Below, one piece after another: positions 57,448 to 64,000 of a DNA stretch of 64,000 bases (position 1 is the first letter of the stretch; every line of letters begins with the position of its first letter). The DNA is from Candidatus Bathyarchaeota archaeon (GTDB lineage: Archaea > Thermoproteota > Bathyarchaeia > Hecatellales > Hecatellaceae): positions 75,307 through 139,306 of the forward strand of contig JBQPWD010000002.1 in NCBI GenBank assembly GCA_052246995.1, in the 5' to 3' direction. The notes under the pieces were generated by a model. The model worked only from the letters and a program-made list of their open reading frames with translations. It searched no databases and was not told the DNA's origin. The position numbers and the translations under genes are program-made.

Positions 57448-58839
57448 ATGGTGGAAGAATCACCAGATGTAATCATAGTCGGAGCTGGTCCTGCAGGATT
57501 ATTTGCAGCGCTAGAAATTACGGAAAAGAGCTCATTAAAAGTTCTCATCATTGACAAAGGAGATAAACCATTAAATCGTGTATGTCCTGAGCAAAATTAT
57601 CGTGGATGTACAAAATGCTCTCCTTGTAACGTTCTTTGCGGTATAGGAGGTGCTGGAACTCTCTCAAGTGGGCGGTTAAATCTTAGACCTGATATTGGTG
57701 GAAACTTGTTTGAATTAACTGGTAGTACAGAAAAAGCTTGGGACCTTATCAAAAAGGTAGATGAAATTTTCCTAAAATACGGTTGTCCAAATACACTATA
57801 TGAACCTAGTAGTGTAGAAGCTGAAGAATTAGAAAGAAAAGCTGCCGCGGTTGGAGCAAAATTTATTCCAACACCTCAAAGAGAAATAGGAACAGATAAC
57901 GCCCCAAAACTTCTTCAAAATTTTATGGAAGATTTAGAAACAAAAAATGTTAAGTTTTTGTTAAAAACAAACGTTTCCCACATAGATAAAGGCTTTATTA
58001 CTCTGGAAGACGGTAAAAAAATAAAATCCAAGCATATTATTGTTGCTCCAGGAAGAAGCGGGCAAAACTGGCTTGCTGAAGAAGCAAAAAGGCTTGGAAT
58101 CCCAACAAAACATGAGCCAATTGACATTGGTGTTAGAGTGGAAGTCCCAGCAATAGTTATGGAGCCGGTTACCTGTATAAATAAGGATCCAAAGTTTCAT
58201 ATTTATACAAAAAAATACGACGACCTTGTACGTACTTTTTGTGTAAACCATAGAGGATTTGTATGCTTAGAAGTTTATGATAAAAATCTTGTAGGTGTAA
58301 ATGGACATTGTATGAATAGTTTAAAATCTCAAAATACAAATTTCGCCTTTCTCGTGAGAATAAGCTTAACAGAACCACTAGAGGATACTTCTGTATACGG
58401 TCGCACAATTGCAGCTCAAACAACCCTACTTGGTGGAGGAAAACCGATAGTTCAAAGACTTGGTGATTTAGAAAAAGGTAGAAGGTCAACATGGAAAAGA
58501 ATTGAGAATGGAAACATCAAACCGACGTTAAAAACAGTAACACCAGGAGACATTGCTATGGCCATGCCTCACCGCATCATAACTGACATCATTGAAGGCT
58601 TATATAAGCTGGATAACGTTATACCTGGAGTGGCATCTACCTCAACTTTACTATATGCACCAGAGGTTAAATTTTCAGCAAACCGAATTTACACTAACAG
58701 CAACCTGGAAACCACAATAGAAAACTTATTTGTAGCAGGAGACGGTGCAGGTCTCTCAAGAGGGATTGTAATAGCTGCAGCTACAGGAATTATAGCTGCA
58801 CAAGGTATTCTGAAAAAGGAGAAGATTATTCCCGCCTAA
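57448..58839 (+). CDS. FAD-dependent dehydrogenase (uncharacterised NAD(FAD)-utilising dehydrogenase family)
   Basis: DVIIVGAGPAGLFAALEI dinucleotide fingerprint; internal CxxC (CTKCSPC); 463 aa. Confidence 0.6.
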   Translation: MVEESPDVIIVGAGPAGLFAALEITEKSSLKVLIIDKGDKPLNRVCPEQNYRGCTKCSPCNVLCGIGGAGTLSSGRLNLRPDIGGNLFELTGSTEKAWDLIKKVDEIFLKYGCPNTLYEPSSVEAEELERKAAAVGAKFIPTPQREIGTDNAPKLLQNFMEDLETKNVKFLLKTNVSHIDKGFITLEDGKKIKSKHIIVAPGRSGQNWLAEEAKRLGIPTKHEPIDIGVRVEVPAIVMEPVTCINKDPKFHIYTKKYDDLVRTFCVNHRGFVCLEVYDKNLVGVNGHCMNSLKSQNTNFAFLVRISLTEPLEDTSVYGRTIAAQTTLLGGGKPIVQRLGDLEKGRRSTWKRIENGNIKPTLKTVTPGDIAMAMPHRIITDIIEGLYKLDNVIPGVASTSTLLYAPEVKFSANRIYTNSNLETTIENLFVAGDGAGLSRGIVIAAATGIIAAQGILKKEKIIPA

Positions 58840-58874
58840 AAACAAGCTGACAAAAAGAAAGTTTCAATCCGAAA

Positions 58875-59441
58875 ATGTTTATGGAATTAGATGTCAACTT
58901 TGTTGTTACAGCCTTCCTTATAATTGTTCCAGCTTATATGGCAAACAGCTTTGCGCTTTTACTTGGCGGTGGAAAGCCTCTAGATATGGGAAAAAACTTT
59001 ATTGATGGTAAAAGAATCTTTGGTGAAGGAAAAACTCTTAATGGTGCTATATTTGGAACAATTTTTGGATTTTTAGGTTATCTTATTGAGCTTATGTTGC
59101 TAAGCAGAATCACGTTTCCCACATCATTTTACATACAATCAAAAATTTACTACTTCATTTTATTCGGTTTTCTTATTGCTGCTGGTGCGGTTGTTGGAGA
59201 TTTGGTTGGGGCCTTCATAAAGAGAAGGGTTGGGTTGCCAAGAGGCGCACCAGCCCCTATTCTCGACCAGCTAGATTTTATATCTTTTTCACTTTTGCTA
59301 GCCTACCTATTCAACATCTTCTTTGATCTGGTTACAATAGACATTTACTTAGTTTTTACCATCCTTATTTCAACATTCATAGCTCATAGAGTTGGATGCT
59401 ACATTGCGTATAAAACTGGTAAGAAAAAAGAGCCTTGGTGA
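58875..59441 (+). CDS. carS: CDP-archaeol synthase (CarS, DUF46 family)
   Basis: Multi-TM 188-aa protein with GDLVGAFIKRRVGLPRG and LDQLDFI motifs characteristic of CarS. Confidence 0.75.
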   Translation: MFMELDVNFVVTAFLIIVPAYMANSFALLLGGGKPLDMGKNFIDGKRIFGEGKTLNGAIFGTIFGFLGYLIELMLLSRITFPTSFYIQSKIYYFILFGFLIAAGAVVGDLVGAFIKRRVGLPRGAPAPILDQLDFISFSLLLAYLFNIFFDLVTIDIYLVFTILISTFIAHRVGCYIAYKTGKKKEPW

Positions 59442-59758
59442 GGTTTGCTTGATTTATTTTTTTAAATTTAAAACTCGACTTTTATAAAGTTTTTAAATAT
59501 AAATGTTCAAAAAGAAAAATTTACAAGAAAACACAATTTTAAGTATCTTTTACAAAAATATAAAAAAAGCTTTATCAAAATGCCGTATAACAAACATATT
59601 TTTTAAATGTAATTGTTAAAAAAATGTTTTTCGAAAAAAGAATTAAAAAATTAAGAGCAAAATTTAAATTGAACCTGTATAAAAATCCTTTTTCAAGAAA
59701 AAATTTTAATAAATTGGTGTAAAATAAAAAACTAGTATTTGGAGGTTCAAAGTTAAGG

Positions 59759-60349
59759 TTGGGGAACAATACAAGTCGTAAGACATTTCTTCCAAGAAAA
59801 TTCTTTACTGTAAGCGCCTCAGCAACAAGTAACATCTCTCCATTAAACGCGTTTGATGCAGCTTTGATGAAAGCAGGCATTGCTCAATGCAATCTTGTTT
59901 GTGTTTCATCTATTCTTCCACAAGATGCCGAATACATTGAGAAATATGAAATTACGCCGGGAACTATAACATTCTGTGTTTTGGCGAGAATGGATGGAAA
60001 CCCAGGTGAAACAATAGGTGCGGGTATTGGCTGGGGATGGGGTGTTGATGCAAATGGAAGGAAATATGGAATCGTGGCGGAGGCACATGGATATAAGGAT
60101 AAGGAAGCCATTGAAAAAGAACTTAAGTGGAAACTACAGGAAATGGCAAAAATTAGGGGAATGGAGTTATCATCAGTAAACATAAAAAGCGAGCATTTTC
60201 AAGTCCCTAAAGGAAAATACGGAAGTGTTATTGTATCCTTGGTATATGTTCCATGGGATACTGAAGAGAATGAAAAAACTAGCCAAGAAGAGATGGTAAA
60301 ACAAGAAATCATAACTCAACAAGTAAAAGAAGAAATGACACTACAATAA
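59759..60349 (+). CDS. pdaD: pyruvoyl-dependent arginine decarboxylase
   Basis: SPLNAFDAALMKAGIAQCNLVCVSSILPQDAE contains the Ser-Ser self-cleavage site and aligns with archaeal PdaD; TTG start. Confidence 0.8.
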   Translation: MGNNTSRKTFLPRKFFTVSASATSNISPLNAFDAALMKAGIAQCNLVCVSSILPQDAEYIEKYEITPGTITFCVLARMDGNPGETIGAGIGWGWGVDANGRKYGIVAEAHGYKDKEAIEKELKWKLQEMAKIRGMELSSVNIKSEHFQVPKGKYGSVIVSLVYVPWDTEENEKTSQEEMVKQEIITQQVKEEMTLQ

Positions 60350-60389
60350 CTCGTAAATACACCATCCAATTTTTTGGAGGATTACCAAG

Positions 60390-60405
60390 TCTCCAATTTT
60401 TTGGA
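60390..60405 (+). repeat. 16-nt motif TCTCCAATTTTTTGGA (copy A; a truncated copy TCCAATTTTTTGGA lies at 60365..60378)
   Basis: Read directly; identical 16-mer recurs at 63562..63577 and a one-T-shorter copy on the minus strand at 56009..56024. Confidence 0.8.
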
Positions 60406-60605
60406 TGTTGGAAAAACATCTTCTAAAAGTGGGGAAAAAGAGGTACCCCTTAGTGTAAAAAATCTTGGAAACTTAGGGTTTTTTCTCCATGTTTTGTTAT
60501 TTTGGTTAATTATGTATTACTATAACAACTTTTTCAACAATTTTCTTTATATAACTTAGATTATATAAAGAAAAATCTTTATATAACCTTGAGAAATAGA
60601 GTCTT

Positions 60606-61667
60606 ATGCAGGAAGACTTCTCTAACTTTGAATCTGTCGCCAGATGGATAAGTAACTTTCCAGATAGACCAAACACGAAGAAGAATTATCTTATTAGATT
60701 TAAAAAGTTTATTGATTGGATAGGAAAAAATCCTGATGACCTTATTGCTGAAGCAAAGAAAAATCCCCTAAAAATTCATAATAAAATAAAAGAATACTAT
60801 AATTTTTTAATAAAGAAAGGTTTTAGCTCTAAGACAGCTATCCTCTCCTATAATTGTTTAAGGTCCTTTTTCAAATGGAACGATATATTTTTAGGACCAA
60901 CCCCCCGAGGATTTAAAGGTAGGGTTGAATATGAATCTTCCCATATTTTAACACCTGAAGAGATTGCAAAAATGGTTGATGTATGTAATAACATGCGAGA
61001 TAGATGTGTGATAACTTTTTTAGCTCAATCAGGACAACGTAGTGGGGTTTTAACGGCTCTTAGATATGGGCATGTTAAATCTGGGTTAGAAAGAGGAGAG
61101 ACACCATTAATAATTGAAGTTCCAGCTGTTTTAAGAAATATTAATGGTGTAAATGTAAACAAGCTTGGAGAAAGCTATAGGTTTGCTGTTGGAAATGATA
61201 GTATTACATGTCTTAAAATGATGCTCAAGGAGAGAATTGAGAGCGGAGAAGTTATTGATAAGGATAGTTGGCTTTTTAGAAGTTATTCAAAAGTTAAAGT
61301 TGAAAAAAGTGGGAAAAAAAGGCCTATTAGAGCATCAAAGAGTGAAAGAGGTTTTCCTTTAACAACAGTAGCTATACGTGAAATAATTAATAAGTCTGCT
61401 TTAAAAGCAGGAATTCAGGGAAAAGCTTCAGACAAAAGGTATGAGGTTCATCCGCATATTTTCAGGAGATATTGGAATATGAGAATGCAGGAAGCAGGAT
61501 TAAGTGAAGATCTAAGGGATTTTATGCTTGGACATAAGTTACCTTATGGTGGAGCGTACAGCAAATGGTATCCTGATGCTATTAAAAGAGTATGGATTTC
61601 AAAAAATGTTGAAAAATATATTGCAATTCCATCAAAAACAATCTACGCGTATTCTGGACTACTTTAA
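60606..61667 (+). CDS. int: tyrosine recombinase / integrase (XerC/D-like fold)
   Basis: C-terminal catalytic motifs HPHIFRRYW (H-x-x-R), LGHK and nucleophile Y in YGGAY; N-terminal core-binding-like domain; intact 353 aa. Confidence 0.8.
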   Translation: MQEDFSNFESVARWISNFPDRPNTKKNYLIRFKKFIDWIGKNPDDLIAEAKKNPLKIHNKIKEYYNFLIKKGFSSKTAILSYNCLRSFFKWNDIFLGPTPRGFKGRVEYESSHILTPEEIAKMVDVCNNMRDRCVITFLAQSGQRSGVLTALRYGHVKSGLERGETPLIIEVPAVLRNINGVNVNKLGESYRFAVGNDSITCLKMMLKERIESGEVIDKDSWLFRSYSKVKVEKSGKKRPIRASKSERGFPLTTVAIREIINKSALKAGIQGKASDKRYEVHPHIFRRYWNMRMQEAGLSEDLRDFMLGHKLPYGGAYSKWYPDAIKRVWISKNVEKYIAIPSKTIYAYSGLL

Positions 61668-61720
61668 CTTCAAAAAACTTTTATAGACGAACTTCCAATT
61701 TTATAAATTCTGCTAGCTGA

Positions 61721-63259
61721 GGGAGAAGATTATGGGGTGTTATTTTATTTAGTAATAAAGAAGAGAATAAACCACGTGTAATTAAAATTTTTGACACAAC
61801 TCTAAGAGATGGAGAACAAACACCGGGAGTCTCTCTTTCACCTGAAAAAAAGCTTAGAATCGCCAAACTTCTTGATGAAGTTGGTGTTGATGTTATTGAA
61901 GGAGGTTTTGCTAGCGTCTCTAGAGGGGACTTTGAGGCTTTAAAGATTATGAGCCAAAGCGGGCTTAACGCTGAGATTTTTAGTATGGCTAGAGCGGACA
62001 TTAAAGATATAGATAAAGTTATTGAAAGTGGAGTTTGCGGGATCAACATTGTTGTTCCAGTATCAAAAATCCAGATTCAATACAAACTTAGAAAAACGTC
62101 AGATGAAGTTTTAAACTTAACATACGAGTGTGTTAATTACGCAAAAAAGCATGGGTTGATTGTTGAATTATCAGCTGAAGATGGCTCAAGAACAGAGGTT
62201 GAATTTCTTAAAAGCTTCTTTTTAACAGGTATTGCAAGTGGAGCTGACAGAATCTGCTTATGTGATACTGTTGGTGTTTTAACTCCTGAAAAATGTTATA
62301 AGCTTGTAAATACCTTATGCAAAAGCACCAACAAGCCTTTTAGTATACATTGTCACAATGATTTTGGTTTAGCTACAGCAAACACTATCATAGCTGTTAA
62401 GGCAGGAGCATCTCAAGTACATGTAACCGTTAACGGTTTGGGTGAGAGAGCTGGAAATGCAGCATTAGAAGAGGTTGTAATGGCTCTTACAAACCTTTAC
62501 GGATTTAAAGTTAACATAAAAACAAACAAGTTATACGAGCTTTCCACGACGGTTTCACGCTTGACAGGTGTTCCAGTTCAACCAAATAAACCTATAACAG
62601 GTGAAAATGCTTTTACTCATGAATCTGGCATTCACGTTAAAGCCATTTTAACCAACCCCGCCACCTATGAACCAATTCAGCCTGAAGTTGTAGGTGTTAA
62701 GAGAAAGCTTGCAATAGGTAAGCATGCAGGAATGTTTAGTGTAAAAACGATTCTCGAAGAAGAATTACACATTCATCCCTCGGAAGAACAACTTCATGAG
62801 ATTTTTATGAGGGTTAAAAGCATTGGTGATAAAGGTAAAACAGTAACCTATAGCGACCTTCAAGCTATAGCTGAAGCAGTAATGGGTCTTCCACAAATAC
62901 GACTAATCAAGCTTAAAAATCTTACAGTAACAACAGGAAACAACATTACACCTATGGCCTCTGTCGTGCTTGAAGTTAACGGTAAAGAACTCGTTGAAGC
63001 TGGTGTGGGAGTTGGGCCTGTTGATGCAGCAATAAGTGCTATAAAGAAGGCTATATCAACAGTAGCCGACATAATCCTTGAGAATTATCATGTGAAGGCA
63101 ATTACAGGTGGAACCGACGCTGTAGTTGAAGTTGTAGTAAGAGTAAGAAGAGGAGAAAAATCGGTTACAGCATTAGGTGTTCATGAAGATATTGTTATGG
63201 CTAGTGTTGAAGCAGTATTAAGTGCAATAAATGTATTGTTATCTTTAGAAATGAGCTAA
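61721..63259 (+). CDS. leuA: 2-isopropylmalate synthase / citramalate synthase family (LeuA/CimA) with C-terminal regulatory domain; start region frameshifted or non-canonical
   Basis: In-frame IFDTTLRDGEQTPGVS...HCHNDFGLATANT...; the reading frame opens at 61721 with no ATG/GTG/TTG before the LRDGEQ motif. The ATG at 61732 is in the -1 frame and would be in frame if the T4 run at 61743..61746 were T3. Confidence 0.75.
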   Translation, partial: GRRLWGVILFSNKEENKPRVIKIFDTTLRDGEQTPGVSLSPEKKLRIAKLLDEVGVDVIEGGFASVSRGDFEALKIMSQSGLNAEIFSMARADIKDIDKVIESGVCGINIVVPVSKIQIQYKLRKTSDEVLNLTYECVNYAKKHGLIVELSAEDGSRTEVEFLKSFFLTGIASGADRICLCDTVGVLTPEKCYKLVNTLCKSTNKPFSIHCHNDFGLATANTIIAVKAGASQVHVTVNGLGERAGNAALEEVVMALTNLYGFKVNIKTNKLYELSTTVSRLTGVPVQPNKPITGENAFTHESGIHVKAILTNPATYEPIQPEVVGVKRKLAIGKHAGMFSVKTILEEELHIHPSEEQLHEIFMRVKSIGDKGKTVTYSDLQAIAEAVMGLPQIRLIKLKNLTVTTGNNITPMASVVLEVNGKELVEAGVGVGPVDAAISAIKKAISTVADIILENYHVKAITGGTDAVVEVVVRVRRGEKSVTALGVHEDIVMASVEAVLSAINVLLSLEMS

Positions 63260-63561
63260 TATTAGCAATAAACTTTTCAAATTCTGATAATGAAAAAATA
63301 TTATTTTTGACATAATCCTGTACAAACTTATTTTTCAAGAGAAAACAGCTATTCTCTTTTTCATAATTTTTAAACAAAAAACGCATATTTTATATCTTAA
63401 AATATAATCAAGTAAGCAAGTTTTTCTAAAAAATTAGTTGATGGTAGATAAATTTTATTGATAAGACCCCTAAACTTCTACTTTTCTCTCAAATCTCCAA
63501 AATCTGAAAAGACCATTACAGTTAAACATAACCTAAAAAAGCACGATTACACCCTCATAAC

Positions 63562-63577
63562 TCTCCAATTTTTTGGA
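63562..63577 (+). repeat. 16-nt motif TCTCCAATTTTTTGGA (copy B)
   Basis: Exact match to copy A at 60390..60405; lies in a 615-bp ORF-free region between leuA and tRNA-Gln. Confidence 0.8.
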
Positions 63578-63874
63578 AGCAAGAAATGATAGCCTAGGTT
63601 TATAGCTTTATCTTGAAACTTTTAGATTAGTATCCAACGAAATACTTGTCAATGCAAAAATGTTGTTTTAAAAATAGACAGTATACCTCATCCAGCTGGC
63701 ATCATTTTTACAATTCTTTCGCCAAAACCGAACAATATGCTAATATACGAAGTTTGTAAACCTTGACTGGGATGACTTCTGCGTATGTCTTGTGGAGGAG
63801 ACTAAAATCTAATAAAGGTAGAATTGGAATATGTCTACGAAGTAGATGATGTATAAAGTTCCAGAGTTTATTTT

Positions 63875-63968
63875 TGGTAGCCCGGGGGAGATTCGAACTC
63901 CCGTCGGCAGGTTTCTCCTATCTTGGATAACCAGAGCCTGCCATGCTTGGCCGCTACACCACCGGGCT
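63875..63968 (-). tRNA. tRNA-Gln (anticodon CTG) with an about 18-nt intron in the anticodon loop; A1:U72 first pair; CCA encoded
   Basis: Reverse complement: acceptor AGCCCGG/CCGGGCT, anticodon stem GCAGG/CCTGC enclosing 25 nt (CTCTGG + about 18-nt insert + A), T-arm GGGAG-TTCGAAT-CTCCC, discriminator A then CCA; 91 nt without CCA. Confidence 0.75.
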
Positions 63969-64000
63969 TCCCATTCTATTTAATGGTGTATAATTTTTAA

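Noticed and set aside
59442-59758. Possible replication origin (AT-rich DUE)
   Set aside because: No origin-recognition-box repeats and no orc1/cdc6 gene in or near the window. AT-richness alone is common in the intergenic DNA of this genome.
60374-60559. 61-aa ORF between pdaD and int
   Set aside because: Low-complexity (YYYNNFFNNFLYIT), covers the repeat and TATA-rich promoter region of the integrase. Not a plausible protein.
61681-62049. 122-aa minus-strand ORF
   Set aside because: Antisense to the conserved N-terminus of LeuA (LRDGEQ region). Spurious.
1-64000. CRISPR array or cas genes
   Set aside because: No series of regularly spaced identical 25-40-nt repeats was seen on inspection. 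The only repeats are short tandem duplications and the 16-nt motif copies. No Cas-like proteins in the ORF set.
1-64000. rRNA genes
   Set aside because: No GC-rich 16S/23S/5S-like stretches. All long ORF-free regions are AT-rich.

Overview
This 64-kb window is gene-dense archaeal chromosomal DNA, roughly 36-38% GC by eye, with one block of higher GC at about 40.3-44.6 kb. Many genes sit behind GGAGG-like Shine-Dalgarno motifs, and the supplied ORF track evidently counts TTG/GTG as start codons. Gene content points to a TACK-superphylum archaeon. The markers are a Sulfolobus-like CdvB pair plus CdvC/Vps4, 4-hydroxybutyryl-CoA dehydratase, a family-B DNA polymerase, pyruvoyl arginine decarboxylase, CDP-archaeol synthase, NAC and a V-ATPase D subunit. 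A GrpE-DnaK pair is also present, which is unusual for hyperthermophilic crenarchaea, so no finer placement is justified.

Several things stand out beyond housekeeping genes. (1) An S-layer-like operon: a 1114-aa surface protein built from about eight tandem 110-aa domains, followed by two paralogous SlaB-like stalk proteins; the first stalk carries an 11-residue-periodic coiled coil. (2) A cell-division operon, cdvB(short)-cdvB(winged-helix)-cdvC, immediately preceded by two tandem paralogous RHH-like genes and with no cdvA-like gene nearby. (3) Polyamine/hypusine genes (agmatinase, deoxyhypusine synthase, a saccharopine-dehydrogenase-family enzyme, PdaD), the F420 genes cofC/cofD, leuA/leuCD, argG and ilvE. 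(4) A GlcD-like FAD oxidase with two different CCG-domain Fe-S proteins, and an orphan FixC-FixX pair. (5) Three tRNAs on the minus strand: Ser-GCT, Pro-TGG, and Gln-CTG with an intron. (6) Decayed mobile and toxin-antitoxin debris at 0-2.4 kb. (7) An intact tyrosine recombinase next to leuA; the int-leuA pair is bracketed by an exact 16-nt direct repeat, and a near-identical copy also sits upstream of atpD. I found no CRISPR array and no rRNA.
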